Source: an archaeon GW2011_AR10 (GTDB lineage: Archaea > Iainarchaeota > Iainarchaeia > Iainarchaeales > GW2011-AR10). From it: a DNA stretch of 32,000 nucleotides. The DNA lies in assembly GCA_000830275.1 (NCBI GenBank), contig CP010424.1:270001-302000 (forward strand), written 5' to 3'. Positions 22,966-32,000 of the stretch are shown piece after piece. The position numbers were made by a program, and so were the translations under genes. Numbering within the stretch: position 1 is the first letter of the stretch; each line of letters starts with the position of its first letter. The notes under the pieces are model-generated. The model saw nothing but the letters and a program-made list of their open reading frames with translations, was not told the DNA's origin and searched no databases.

Positions 22966-23853
22966 ATGGGTTCTGGCAGCATTGATGGAATTAAAAATAA
23001 GCAAAAGCCGCATTCACTCAAAGAGGCGCTGAAGGGAAAGCTTACAAAAAAAGAGTTTGCGCATTTGCGGACTTCTTTTGACATGCTCGGCAACATTGCA
23101 ATTATTGAAATCCCTTCGGAGCTTGTAAAAAAAGAGAAAATTATTGGCAAAGCCCTTTTGGAAGTCAGCCCGAATATTGAAACAGTGTGCAAGAAAACAG
23201 GCGCGCACAAGGGAAAATTCAGGGTGGAACCAGTGAAAATCATTGCAGGGAAAAAGAACAGGACTGCAACTTACAGGGAGTCAGGCTGCACTTTCAGGGT
23301 TTCTCTTGGAAAGGTTTTTTTCTCCCCGAGACTTTCAGCAGAGAGGCTCCGCATTGCAGGAGAAATAAAGAAAGGGGAGATTGTTGCGGTGCTTTTTGCC
23401 GGCGTTGGGCCTTTCCCAATAGTGTTCGCGAAAAACTCGGAAATGAAGCAGGCTTTTGCAGTTGAACTGAATCCCGCTGCTTTTGAGCAGTTGAAGGAAA
23501 ACGTTGAGCTGAACAAGGTGCAGGAAAAAGTTGTTCCCTTGCTTGGGGATGTTAAAAGAGTTGTTCCGAAAAAGCTGAAGGGAAAATGTGGCAGGGTTGT
23601 GATGCCTCTTCCTAAGGGCGGGGAGCTTTTCTTGCACGAGGCTTTTTTGTGCCTGAACGGCGGAAAAGGAATAATCCACTTTTACGATTTTGTCTCGCGC
23701 GAAAAAGGCTTTGATGAAGCGGTTGAAAAAATCAAGAACGCAGCGGAAAAGGAAAAAAAGAAAGTGAAAGTGCTGCTGAAAAGAAAAGTCAGGGATTACT
23801 CTCCTGACACATTCCAAGCGGTGATTGACTTCAGGGTTTCTAATGCCGGCTAA
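22966..23853 (+). CDS. trm5: tRNA (guanine37-N1)-methyltransferase, Trm5/Met-10+ family
   Basis: FDMLGNIAIIEIP, FRVSLGKVFFSPRLSAER, SAM motif VLFAGVGPFPIVFAK, ELNPAAFEQLKENVELNKV, VVMPLPKGG. I prefer the ATG at 22966, with TATA-like tatttaaaattaaat at 22933-22947. Confidence 0.85.
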   Translation: MGSGSIDGIKNKQKPHSLKEALKGKLTKKEFAHLRTSFDMLGNIAIIEIPSELVKKEKIIGKALLEVSPNIETVCKKTGAHKGKFRVEPVKIIAGKKNRTATYRESGCTFRVSLGKVFFSPRLSAERLRIAGEIKKGEIVAVLFAGVGPFPIVFAKNSEMKQAFAVELNPAAFEQLKENVELNKVQEKVVPLLGDVKRVVPKKLKGKCGRVVMPLPKGGELFLHEAFLCLNGGKGIIHFYDFVSREKGFDEAVEKIKNAAEKEKKKVKVLLKRKVRDYSPDTFQAVIDFRVSNAG

Positions 23854-23922
23854 TATAAGTGGCCAAAATTTACAAAGACTATTTTGATTTGATATGGAAG
23901 ATTTCTAAGGAGTAGTGTTTCT

Positions 23923-24255
23923 CTATTTTTCAAGCCTGAATCCTGCTTTGGCCCAGCCGTCAGTGCCTTCCACTAAAATTTTTATGTTAGTGTAACCCAG
24001 AATTTTTAGTTTTTCTGCCGCGATATGGCATGCTGTGCACATTGAATTCTTGCAATAAGTTATAACTTCCATGTTCTTTGGAATGTTCATTTTTCTGAGT
24101 TCCATTACCATGCCTTGGTAAGGCAAGTGCTTTGCTCCGGGGATATGGCCATTGTCATAATACTCTTTTTCGTTGGTGTCAAGAATGAGAATGTTCTGCC
24201 TCGAGTAAAGCCTTCCCCTTAATTCTTCCGCAGTAATTATCGGGAATGATGTCAT
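23923..24255 (-). CDS. Rhodanese-domain sulfurtransferase-like protein
   Basis: ILILDTNEKEYYDNGHIPGAKHLP, active-site loop YCKNSMCTACH, GTDGWAKAG. ATG at 24255; the track start at 24273 is TTG. Confidence 0.8.
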   Translation of the reverse strand: MTSFPIITAEELRGRLYSRQNILILDTNEKEYYDNGHIPGAKHLPYQGMVMELRKMNIPKNMEVITYCKNSMCTACHIAAEKLKILGYTNIKILVEGTDGWAKAGFRLEK

Positions 24256-24274
24256 AACAAAATTTTCGTTCAAT

Positions 24275-24287
24275 AAGTTTAATAATT
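24275..24287. promoter_or_regulatory. Central TATA-like box (aagtttaataatt) in the 53-bp rhodanese/adk divergent intergenic region
   Basis: Centre near 24281: 26 nt from the rhodanese ATG (24255) and 28 nt from the adk ATG (24309). Confidence 0.4.
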
Positions 24288-24308
24288 GTTTTTCCCTGAA
24301 TTCTCTCG

Positions 24309-24950
24309 ATGAATATAATCCTTCTCGGCCCGCCGGGAACGGGAAAGGGCACGATTGCGCAGTTCATTGAGAAAACTTTTGGCTTAAGGCAGATTTCAAG
24401 CGGTGACCTGCTCAGGGAACAGGTGAAAGAGAAAACGACTATTGGAAAAAAAGTTGAGCCCATAATGAAGGAAGGAAAGCTTGTTCCCGATGAGATAATA
24501 TTAAAATTAATCACCAGAAAAGTCAGGCAGCTAGGCAAAACCGGGTTTGTTTTGGACGGCTTTCCGCGCAACCTAGAGCAGGCGAAACTGCTTGATGAAA
24601 TGCTAAAAAAAGAGAAAATCGGGATTGATATTGCGCTTGAAATAAGTACGGATGAGGAAGTTATAGTGAAGAGGTTGAGTGCAAGGAGGCAGTGCAGGAA
24701 ATGCGGTAAAATCTACGGCATTGACATAAAACCAGAAAAGGAAGGCGTTTGTGATAACTGTGGCGGAGAGCTTTTCATGAGGGAAGATGACAGGCCGGAA
24801 GTGATAAAATATCGCCTGCAGCTTTATAATGAGCGAACCCAGCCACTGATAGACTACTACCTTGAAAAAGAAAAGCTTAAGTCGATTGATGGCAACATGC
24901 ATCTTGAGGAAATATTTGACGGCGTGCTTAAACTTCTGGGGAATAAGTGA
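24309..24950 (+). CDS. adk: Adenylate kinase (long bacterial/eukaryotic type with a Cys4 zinc lid)
   Basis: P-loop GPPGTGKGT, ISSGDLLR, GFVLDGFPRN, lid CRKCGKIY...CDNCGGEL, RxDD motif REDDRPE. Confidence 0.93.
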   Translation: MNIILLGPPGTGKGTIAQFIEKTFGLRQISSGDLLREQVKEKTTIGKKVEPIMKEGKLVPDEIILKLITRKVRQLGKTGFVLDGFPRNLEQAKLLDEMLKKEKIGIDIALEISTDEEVIVKRLSARRQCRKCGKIYGIDIKPEKEGVCDNCGGELFMREDDRPEVIKYRLQLYNERTQPLIDYYLEKEKLKSIDGNMHLEEIFDGVLKLLGNK

Positions 24951-25472
24951 ATGATTGCAGAAACACTTAAAGAAAACTATGTGTGGGTCCTAATATTTTT
25001 TGCCTTGAATGTGCTGTTTTACTTTCCAGCTGACTTCATAGGCAATTATGCATTATCTGGCGGAATATTCATTTCTGGCTTTTCAGTTTTAATTCTGCTT
25101 GTCCAGCTTGTTGTTCTCGGTTCATCATTTTTTCCCGCGTTGTTCGTGGCTTTCCAGCTTAAGGAAAAAAATTTTAACTTGGAAAAAATTCTTGCAGTTT
25201 CAGTTGCCGGAGTGATTGTTTTCTCTGTACTTTTGAGCGTGTTCAATTTTTCTCCACTGCTGTTTTCAAGCGATGAAGATTGGGGGACCCAGTACCTTGA
25301 TGCCGTGTTCTATCTTTCCCTTCCTGATGATGTTTCACTGGAGCAATTTAAGGCGTTCTCTTACTTTGAGGCAGTGAAGGATTCAGTCGGAATAACTGTT
25401 TCCAACATTGGTTCTGCTTTGCTTGGAACTGCCTTGGGTTTTTATTTGGCCGGGCCAAAAAAAAGAAAGTGA
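24951..25472 (+). CDS. Hypothetical polytopic membrane protein
   Basis: Four hydrophobic segments. The ATG abuts the adk stop (TGAATG). Confidence 0.55.
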   Translation: MIAETLKENYVWVLIFFALNVLFYFPADFIGNYALSGGIFISGFSVLILLVQLVVLGSSFFPALFVAFQLKEKNFNLEKILAVSVAGVIVFSVLLSVFNFSPLLFSSDEDWGTQYLDAVFYLSLPDDVSLEQFKAFSYFEAVKDSVGITVSNIGSALLGTALGFYLAGPKKRK

Positions 25473-25476
25473 TTTA

Positions 25477-26382
25477 ATGGTGAAAGCCGTTGTTGTGGGC
25501 AGCGTTGCCTTGGATTCAATTCGAACGCCTTTTGGAGAGGTACATGAGGCTTTAGGGGGTTCTGCTTCCTATGCGGGCTATGCAAGCTCTTTTTTTTCAA
25601 AAACAGGAATAGTCGGGGTTGTGGGAAGTGATTTTCCAAAAAAGCACTTGGATTTGTTTAAGAGGAAAGGAATTGATTTAAGCGGCCTGTCTTTTGCTGA
25701 CGGGAAAACGTTCCGCTGGCACGGCTACTACGAGTTTGACCTCAACCAAGCGCACACAGTCAAAACCGAGCTGAACGTGTTTGAGGAATTCCAGCCTGTT
25801 CTGCCGGATTCCTACAGGAAAGCAAAGTTTTTGTTTTTGGGAAATATAGGCCCGGAGCTCCAGTTGAACGTGCTTGGGCAGATGGCTTCAAGGCCAAAAC
25901 TAGTAGTTGCTGACACAATGAATTACTGGATTGAAAAAAGCAGGGAAACGGTTTTGGAAGTAGTGAAGGCAGTTGACATCATGCTGTTTAACGATGCAGA
26001 GGCAAGGCAGTTGTTTAGGACTCCAAGCATTGTCAAAGCAGCACGCATGGCTCTTGCTCTTGACTCGGATTATGCAATAATAAAAAAAGGAGAGCATGGT
26101 GCGTTAATGTTCACTCCTAAAAGCCATTTCTCTGCCCCGGCATATCCCTTGGAAAACATTGTTGACCCTACTGGTGCAGGGGACTGTTTTGGCGGCGCAA
26201 TGACTGGCTACCTTGCAAAAACAGGCAGCTTGACCGAAAAAAATTTACGTAAGGCAATAATTTTTGGTTCAGCTGTTGCATCCCTTGACGCGGAAGGCTT
26301 TTCGCTTGAAAACCTGAAAAAGATTTCTTTGAAGGACATTGAGGCACGCGTTCAAGAGTTCAAGGAAATAGTGCATTTTTAA
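25477..26382 (+). CDS. PfkB/ribokinase-family carbohydrate or nucleoside kinase
   Basis: VVVGSVALDSI N-terminus, FNDAEA, and catalytic/ATP motif DPTGAGDCFGGAMTGYL. I prefer the ATG at 25477; the track ORF extension overlaps the preceding membrane gene. Confidence 0.85.
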   Translation: MVKAVVVGSVALDSIRTPFGEVHEALGGSASYAGYASSFFSKTGIVGVVGSDFPKKHLDLFKRKGIDLSGLSFADGKTFRWHGYYEFDLNQAHTVKTELNVFEEFQPVLPDSYRKAKFLFLGNIGPELQLNVLGQMASRPKLVVADTMNYWIEKSRETVLEVVKAVDIMLFNDAEARQLFRTPSIVKAARMALALDSDYAIIKKGEHGALMFTPKSHFSAPAYPLENIVDPTGAGDCFGGAMTGYLAKTGSLTEKNLRKAIIFGSAVASLDAEGFSLENLKKISLKDIEARVQEFKEIVHF

Positions 26383-26401
26383 GAGAATAAATGTAAAATC
26401 G

Positions 26402-26410
26402 TTAATAAAA
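26402..26410 (+). promoter_or_regulatory. TATA-like box (ttaataaaa) for the gcv operon
   Basis: Centred 27 nt upstream of the gcvT ATG (26433). No room for a long leader. Confidence 0.35.
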
Positions 26411-26432
26411 ACTTTGGTCCTTGGTTTTTTGA

Positions 26433-27530
26433 ATGGGCAGTAAAACTCCTTTGTTTGAAGAGCACAAAAAACTCGGCGCGAAAATAATTGATTTTCTTGG
26501 ATGGGACATGCCTGTTTATTATTCCAGCGTAATTGATGAGCATAATGCAACGCGCAGCAAAGTAACGGTTTTTGACACATGCCACATGGGTGAGTTCAGG
26601 GTTGAGGGAAAACATGCCTTTGACTTGGTCCAGAAAGCCGTTACAAGGGATATTTCAAAGCTAAAAAGCGGGCAGATGGCTTTGGGCTGCCTTTGCAATG
26701 AAAGGGGTGGTGTCCTTGATGACCTTACAGTTTACAGGTTTTCAGATGAAAAGTACATGGTTGTTGTGAATGCATCCACCATTGAAAAGGATTTTCTGCA
26801 ATTCAGGAAAGTAAAGGAACAGTTTGGGTTTCACTGCAAGCTAACCAATGAAAGCAGCACAACTGCAAAAATTGATGTGCAAGGCCCAATTGCTGAAAAA
26901 ATTCTCCAAAAAATCTCGAATGCAAAACTGGATGGAATCAAATTCTACAATTTTGTTGAAGGAAAAATCCTCGGCTTTAATGTGGTTATTTCCCGCAGCG
27001 GCTACACTGGAGAGGACGGCTTTGAGCTCTACTTTTCCTCTTCTAAGGCGGCTGTTGTGTGGAATGCCTTGCTTGAAAAAGGCAAGGAAGCGGGAATTAA
27101 GCCTGCTGGGTTGGGTGCAAGGGACACTCTGCGCCTTGAAAGCGCTTTCAACCTTTACGGCAGCGAAATGGATGAAAGCAGGACGCCGATTGAATGCAGG
27201 TATGCTTGGGTCACTGACCTCGGAAAAGATTTTATTGGCAGGGATGCGCTGCTTAAGCAGAAAAATGTCGGGCTTAAGGAAAAACTTGTTGGCTTTGAGA
27301 TGACTGATAAAGCAATTGCAAGGCACGGCTACAAAATTTTTGTTGAAGGCAGGGAAGCAGGAGTTGTAACTTCCGGCAGCTTCAGCCCAACATTAAAAAA
27401 GAATATTGGTCTTGGTTATATTAAAGCAGAATTTTCAGATATTGGAACAAACATTGAGGTTGAGGTTAGGGAAAAAAAATTTAATGCAAGAATTGTCAGG
27501 CTGCCGTTTTATTCGAGGGAAAAGAAATGA
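26433..27530 (+). CDS. gcvT: Glycine cleavage system T protein (aminomethyltransferase)
   Basis: TPLFEEH, VFDTCHMGEF, SRSGYTGEDGFELY, GLGARDTLRLES, LPFYSR. Confidence 0.93.
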   Translation: MGSKTPLFEEHKKLGAKIIDFLGWDMPVYYSSVIDEHNATRSKVTVFDTCHMGEFRVEGKHAFDLVQKAVTRDISKLKSGQMALGCLCNERGGVLDDLTVYRFSDEKYMVVVNASTIEKDFLQFRKVKEQFGFHCKLTNESSTTAKIDVQGPIAEKILQKISNAKLDGIKFYNFVEGKILGFNVVISRSGYTGEDGFELYFSSSKAAVVWNALLEKGKEAGIKPAGLGARDTLRLESAFNLYGSEMDESRTPIECRYAWVTDLGKDFIGRDALLKQKNVGLKEKLVGFEMTDKAIARHGYKIFVEGREAGVVTSGSFSPTLKKNIGLGYIKAEFSDIGTNIEVEVREKKFNARIVRLPFYSREKK

Positions 27531-27928
27531 GCGAAGTAATGCAGGGCTTGAAGTACACGAAAGAGCACGAATGGACAAAGGCTGACGGGAACATTGTAAC
27601 AGTTGGAATAACGGATTATGCACAGCACGCGCTTACCGACATCGTGTTTGTTGAGCTTCCAGAGAAAGGGAAAAAGGTTGAGAAAATGAAAAGCTTTTCA
27701 GTGCTTGAGTCAGTTAAGTCTGTAAGCGATGTTTTTGCGCCGGTTTCAGGGGAAATTGTTGAGGTAAATAAAGAGCTTTCAGAAAAACCGCAGCTGATTA
27801 ATGAGGGGCCATATGGAAAGGGATGGATTGCAAAAATCAAGGCAAGAAATATTTCAGAGCTGAACGAATTGATGAGCGCGGAACAGTACAAGGATTATGT
27901 GAAAACAGTTGAAGAAAAAGGCAAATAG
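27527..27928 (+). CDS. gcvH: Glycine cleavage system H protein (lipoyl carrier)
   Basis: YTKEHEW, GITDYAQ, lipoyl-lysine motif ESVKSVSDVFAPVSGEIVEVN. ATGA overlap with gcvT. Confidence 0.93.
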   Translation: MSEVMQGLKYTKEHEWTKADGNIVTVGITDYAQHALTDIVFVELPEKGKKVEKMKSFSVLESVKSVSDVFAPVSGEIVEVNKELSEKPQLINEGPYGKGWIAKIKARNISELNELMSAEQYKDYVKTVEEKGK

Positions 27929-27933
27929 CGTGA

Positions 27934-29274
27934 GTGGTGAGATTGGATTTTGTCCCCAACACTAAAAAGCAGCAGGAGGAAATGCTGCAGGCAATTGGAG
28001 TGAAATCAATTGATGAATTGTTTGCTGACATTCCTCAAAAAATCAGGCTCAGGAAAGAACTTGCTCTTTCAGGCGGTCTCAGCGAGCAGGAAGTAAAGCA
28101 GCACCTTGTTGAGTTAAGCAAGAAAAATGCCAACGCATCAGAGTACAGCTATTTTATCGGTGCTGGTGCATACAATCACTTCATTCCTGCTGCAGTCTGG
28201 GCTTTGGCCGGAAGGTCAGAATTCGTAACTGCTTACACCCCTTATCAGCCTGAAATAAGCCAGGGCATGCTTCAGAGTATTTTTGAGTGGCAGACTGTGG
28301 TTTGCATGCTCACAGGAATGGATGCAGCCAATGCCTCCACTTATGATGCAGCTGAAGCAACAGCTGAGGCAGTGCTGATGAGCAAAAACCTTTCCCGCAG
28401 GACAAAAGTTTTTGTTTCAGAGGCGCTTAACCCGCAGTTCAAGGATGTTGCTAGGACATACGCTAACGCAAACCACATTGAATTTGTTGAAGTGAAAACA
28501 GAAAACGGCATTACTTCGTTGAAAGATCTCCAGAAAAAACTCGACGAAAACACTGCAGGCTTCATTGTGCAGAACCCGAATTTTTTCGGTTGCATTGAGG
28601 ACCTAAAGGAAATAGGTGAAGCTGTTCGTGCTAACGGCTCTGTTTTCACTGTGTGCGTTTCAGAGCTTGTGTCACTTGGTTTGCTGAAACCCCCAGGAGA
28701 ACTTGGAGCTGACATAGTTGTGGGGGATGCGCAGAGTTTTGGAATTCCAATAAGCTTTGGCGGCCCTTACGCTGGCTTTGTTGCAACCAAGTTCAGTAAT
28801 GTCAGGGAGCTGCCGGGCAGAATAGTGGGGCAGACAGTTGACGGAAAAGGAAGGAACGGCTACATAATGACGCTGCAGGCGCGCGAGCAGCACATCCGAA
28901 GGGAAAAAGCTCACTCCAACTTATGCACCAATCAGGCATTGTTTGCCTTGGCTGCAACAATTAACATTGTCCTCTTGGGAAAAAAGGGCGTGATGCAGCT
29001 TGCAGAGCAGAATGCCAAACTCGCGCATTACGCTGCTGAAAAAATTTCAAAACTGAAAGGATTTGAAGTGGAATTTAAGTCACCATTCTTCAACGAGTTT
29101 GTTGTAAAATGTGGAAACGCAGGGGAAGTGCAGGCAGGGCTGCTGAAGAAAAAAATTATTGGCGGCTATCTCCTTGAAAACGATTTTCCAAACCTAAAAA
29201 ATCGTTTGCTGTTCTGCGTCACTGAAATGAATTCAAGGGAACAAATTGATGAATTGCTGGGGGCATTGAAGTGA
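27934..29274 (+). CDS. gcvPA: Glycine dehydrogenase (decarboxylating), subunit 1
   Basis: FVPNT...[43 protein letters not shown] start. Confidence 0.92.
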   Translation: MVRLDFVPNTKKQQEEMLQAIGVKSIDELFADIPQKIRLRKELALSGGLSEQEVKQHLVELSKKNANASEYSYFIGAGAYNHFIPAAVWALAGRSEFVTAYTPYQPEISQGMLQSIFEWQTVVCMLTGMDAANASTYDAAEATAEAVLMSKNLSRRTKVFVSEALNPQFKDVARTYANANHIEFVEVKTENGITSLKDLQKKLDENTAGFIVQNPNFFGCIEDLKEIGEAVRANGSVFTVCVSELVSLGLLKPPGELGADIVVGDAQSFGIPISFGGPYAGFVATKFSNVRELPGRIVGQTVDGKGRNGYIMTLQAREQHIRREKAHSNLCTNQALFALAATINIVLLGKKGVMQLAEQNAKLAHYAAEKISKLKGFEVEFKSPFFNEFVVKCGNAGEVQAGLLKKKIIGGYLLENDFPNLKNRLLFCVTEMNSREQIDELLGALK

Positions 29275-30704
29275 AACTGATTTTTGAGAAAAGCGTTGAG
29301 GGAAGACAGGGCTCTGTTGTTGCTGATTCAGGAGTTCCTGATAAAACAGGCTTGATTCCTGAAAAGTTTTTGCGCTCCTCACTTGAATTGCCTGAGGTAA
29401 GCGAAGTTGATATAGTGAGGCATTACACGAAACTAAGCACAATGAATTACGGTGTTGACTCAGGCTTCTATCCCCTGGGTTCATGCACAATGAAGTATAG
29501 CCCCAAAATCAACGAGGAAACAGCAAGGCTTCCAGGCTTTGCTTTAACGCATCCTCTGCAGCCGGTGGAACTTTCCCAAGGCAACCTGGAGTTAATGTTC
29601 AACCTTGAAAAAATGCTTTGCGAGATAACTGGCTTTGAAAGGTTCACTTTGCAGCCTGCTGCAGGAGCGCAGGGAGAGCTTACAGGAATAATGATTATCC
29701 AGGCATATTTCAGGAAAAAAAAGGAAAAGAGGTCAAGGATCCTTGTTACGGACTCAAGCCACGGAACTAACCCGGCTTCAGTTTCAATCTGTGGCTTTGA
29801 GGCAGTGGAAGTGAAAAGCGATTCAAAAGGCAACGTTGACTTGGTGGACTTAAAGCAGAAAATGTCTAAAGAAGTTGCCGGCTTGATGCTAACAAACCCC
29901 AACACGCTTGGCTTGTTTGACAACAACATAATTGAGGTGTGCAAAATCGTGCACAGCAGGGGCGGCTTAGTGTACTGTGATGGTGCAAACCTGAATGCAA
30001 TTCTCGGAAAAACCAAGCCAGCTGATGCGGGCTTTGACATCATTCATTTGAACCTGCATAAAACTTTTTCAACGCCGCATGGAGGCGGCGGTCCAGGAGC
30101 AGGGCCGGTTGGCGTTACAAAAGAACTTGCAAGATTTTTGCCAAAGCCTCTTATTGAAAAGAAAGGCAACAGATTTGTGTTTGATTATTCTTCCAAGGAC
30201 TCAATCGGAAAGGTCAAGGGCTTTTACGGGAACTTTGGGGTTTTAGTTAGGGCTTACACTTACATTAAATCGGTTGGCGGCAGCGGTCTTAAACGGGTTT
30301 CAGAGAATGCGGTTTTGAATGCGAACTACCTTCTTGCTAGGCTCAAAAAAACGTATCACTTGCCTTACAATCGGTTTTGCCAGCACGAATTTGTTTTGGA
30401 TGACAAAAACCTTGCAAATGGCGTAACCACGATGGATGTTGCAAAGCGTTTGTTGGATTATGGTTTTCACGCGCCAACAGTTTATTTTCCCCTTATTGTG
30501 CACGGCGCGATAATGATTGAGCCAACGGAAACCGAAAGCAAGGAAACATTGGATGCTTTTGCCGAGGCAATGGAAAAAATTGTTTCAGAGGCAAAAGAAA
30601 ACCCGGAACTAGTGAAAAATGCTCCCTCAAAAACAATTGTAGGAAGGCTTGACGCTGTCAAGGCTGCAAGGGAACCAATTCTTAAGTGGCAGCAGAAAAA
30701 TTAA
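29271..30704 (+). CDS. gcvPB: Glycine dehydrogenase (decarboxylating), subunit 2
   Basis: [32 protein letters not shown]-lysine motif [22 protein letters not shown] overlap with gcvPA. Confidence 0.92.
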   Translation: MKLIFEKSVEGRQGSVVADSGVPDKTGLIPEKFLRSSLELPEVSEVDIVRHYTKLSTMNYGVDSGFYPLGSCTMKYSPKINEETARLPGFALTHPLQPVELSQGNLELMFNLEKMLCEITGFERFTLQPAAGAQGELTGIMIIQAYFRKKKEKRSRILVTDSSHGTNPASVSICGFEAVEVKSDSKGNVDLVDLKQKMSKEVAGLMLTNPNTLGLFDNNIIEVCKIVHSRGGLVYCDGANLNAILGKTKPADAGFDIIHLNLHKTFSTPHGGGGPGAGPVGVTKELARFLPKPLIEKKGNRFVFDYSSKDSIGKVKGFYGNFGVLVRAYTYIKSVGGSGLKRVSENAVLNANYLLARLKKTYHLPYNRFCQHEFVLDDKNLANGVTTMDVAKRLLDYGFHAPTVYFPLIVHGAIMIEPTETESKETLDAFAEAMEKIVSEAKENPELVKNAPSKTIVGRLDAVKAAREPILKWQQKN

Positions 30705-31108
30705 TTTTGCTTTCTTGACAAGTGTTTTGAGAGCCCGGGCAGAAGTTCTGAAAGTTTTTGAATTTGCCCCCTGATTTTTAGTGCGTCGTTTACTACACTT
30801 CTTTCAGCAATGTTTCTTGAGGTATAATCATTAGTTATTTCAGCAAAATCTTGAAAAATGCCTTCTTGAATCCTTTTCCAATCTTCTCTTAGTTTTTTTA
30901 ATTTCTCTTTTATGTTCCTTTGTTTTTTTGACGGATTTTTTTCCAGGAAATTTAGAGTATTATCCAAAAGCGCTTCCACTTCATATATTTCACTCATCAT
31001 TCTTGGGCATTTTTCCTCAAGGGCAATTAATTTAAGCCCTTTTTTAAGCGGCTGGTATCTTAGGGGTCTTTTATTTCCAAATCTTGCCAGAGGCCTGGGT
31101 AACACCAT
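30701..31108 (-). CDS. Hypothetical small basic helical protein (P2), paralog of P3/P4
   Basis: Basic N-terminus ([20 protein letters not shown]), a [15 protein letters not shown] segment (compare CPEIVPEMQRAEMIL in P3), a long predicted helical region, and C-terminal LLPGLSKHL (compare LYPELSKEL in P3 and QFPKLKTVL in P4). Confidence 0.55.
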   Translation of the reverse strand: MVLPRPLARFGNKRPLRYQPLKKGLKLIALEEKCPRMMSEIYEVEALLDNTLNFLEKNPSKKQRNIKEKLKKLREDWKRIQEGIFQDFAEITNDYTSRNIAERSVVNDALKIRGQIQKLSELLPGLSKHLSRKQN

Positions 31109-31199
31109 ACTAATCTAAGCCTGTCCAGGTTTAAATTTCTTCCTGTTTTTGTCCCAATTAATTTAAAGGTGGAGAGGAAGATAAATTAGTGCACTAAAC

Positions 31200-31706
31200 T
31201 TAATGCTGTTTTAGTTCTTTTGAAAGTTCAGGGTAACTTTTTAGCTCTTTTGAAAGTTCAGGGTAAAGGTGCTGTAGGTCACGCACCACTTCAACTGCTT
31301 TGGCAGTGAATTTTTTTACCCTGGCTTTTGTTTCCTTCACTCTCTGAGGATTCCCGAGCAGTTTTTCCCTTTTCTCCAGAATGCTTGCTTCCATGTTGGA
31401 TAGGCCTACAATTAGCGGAGTAATACTTGTTTCCAGAACCTCTTTTGCTTTCATTGCTCTAATTCTGGCATTTTTATCTACGGGCATTTTTTTCCCGCCT
31501 TTTTCCCGGAGGTGATGCGCCTTGACAATTTCTTTCTTGAAAATATCGTCAAAGAAAAACCATGTTTTATGCAATATCATTTCTGCCCTCTGCATTTCTG
31601 GCACTATCTCAGGGCAAATGCTGAGAAGCCGCCTTTTGCGTGTTTCAAAATCGGTCAGTTTTGTGGGCTTCCTTCTTCCAAATGGGGGCATTTTTCCTCT
31701 ATGCAT
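31200..31706 (-). CDS. Hypothetical small basic helical protein (P3) with an in-frame 30-nt tandem duplication at the 3' end
   Basis: The N-terminus MHRGKMPPFGRRKP matches MGRGKIPP in P1. The C-terminus is YPELSKELKS-YPELSKELKQH, encoded by a 30-nt tandem repeat (25-nt cores at 31212-31236 and 31242-31266). Confidence 0.55.
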   Translation of the reverse strand: MHRGKMPPFGRRKPTKLTDFETRKRRLLSICPEIVPEMQRAEMILHKTWFFFDDIFKKEIVKAHHLREKGGKKMPVDKNARIRAMKAKEVLETSITPLIVGLSNMEASILEKREKLLGNPQRVKETKARVKKFTAKAVEVVRDLQHLYPELSKELKSYPELSKELKQH

Positions 31707-31721
31707 AACAAAAAACTTTTC

Positions 31722-32000
31722 CTATTTTTTTATTCCAAGAACAGTTTTTAATTTGGGAAATTGATTTGTTGCTATCCTAAGCTTTCTCTCAGCATCTGCT
31801 GTTAATTCTCTTGCGCGTGCTCTATCTTCGCGAATTAGATCCAATGTTCTTTGTTTTCTCCAAAGTAGTCCTTGTCTGGTATCAAGTGGTCTTCTGCCTA
31901 AATTATTCTCTACTTGCAGCATTAACTTGCTTATTTTGGTTAATTCTTCTTTCAATGCCAGTGCTGCATCAAGGCGTTTGGTATGGGGTTTTGCTTGATT
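31722..32000 (-). CDS. Hypothetical helical protein (P4), C-terminal part (reading frame stays open to the window end)
   Basis: The reverse-strand frame is open from 32000: NQAKPHTKRLDAALALKEELTKISK...ELTADAERKLRIATNQFPKLKTVLGIKK. The track start at 31955 is only a TTG. Same strand as P2/P3, with a similar C-terminal motif. Confidence 0.45.
   Translation of the reverse strand, partial: NQAKPHTKRLDAALALKEELTKISKLMLQVENNLGRRPLDTRQGLLWRKQRTLDLIREDRARARELTADAERKLRIATNQFPKLKTVLGIKK

Noticed and set aside
22932-23243. N-terminal 104 codons of the 382-aa minus-strand ORF (22095-23243)
   Set aside because: This part overlaps the well-supported trm5 gene in antisense and has odd, low-complexity Ser/Phe/Cys-rich composition. 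The membrane-protein-like sequence starts at the internal ATG 22931, so the extension is treated as non-coding read-through of the ORF finder.
25408-25476. Upstream extension of the PfkB kinase ORF
   Set aside because: It overlaps the end of the preceding membrane protein gene in another frame. The kinase N-terminal beta-strand (MVKAVVVGSVALD) begins at ATG 25477.
26383-26432. Glycine riboswitch upstream of gcvT
   Set aside because: The spacer is only 50 nt, is AT-rich and contains a TATA-like box 27 nt from the ATG. That leaves no room for a tandem or single glycine aptamer of about 100 nt or more.

Overview
Dense, moderately AT-rich chromosomal segment that I read as archaeal, probably from a small-genome uncultured lineage such as DPANN. 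Support: diphthine synthase, Trm5, DUF63 and DUF357 genes; TATA-like boxes about 25 nt upstream of start codons; GGTG/GGAG Shine-Dalgarno motifs on internal operon genes; convergent genes with overlapping stops. About 40 genes. They include a folate-dependent C1/purine set (purH-purN-folD-glyA operon, purA, purE, purC, purB-purM), the glycine cleavage operon gcvT-H-PA-PB, and a four-subunit 2-oxoacid:ferredoxin oxidoreductase (porGDAB). Also present: an ABC exporter, two lipobox proteins, a ZIP metal permease, adk, a PfkB kinase, Nudix, acylphosphatase, CutA and rhodanese. The most unusual item is a full-length bacterial sigma-70-type protein (regions 1.2, 2, 3 and 4 recognisable by eye, plus a second region-4-like module) at 11048-12262. 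It is followed by a small winged-helix gene in what looks like a two-gene operon. A family of small, basic, helical proteins occurs at 7049-7465 and as a tandem array at 30701-32000. Their motifs loosely recall sigma region 4.2. Non-coding oddities: a 43/42-nt duplication bounding a 72-nt insert at the porD-porA junction that creates a chimeric 31-codon mini-ORF; an exact 27-nt repeat shared by two intergenic regions 8.8 kb apart; direct and tandem repeats between the ZIP gene and purB; a 267-bp gene-free region with three consecutive hairpins, two ending in CTATAG; and very short divergent intergenic regions with a single central TATA-like box. I saw no rRNA, tRNA, CRISPR or transposase. All calls come from reading the translations and sequence by eye; no database search was possible.
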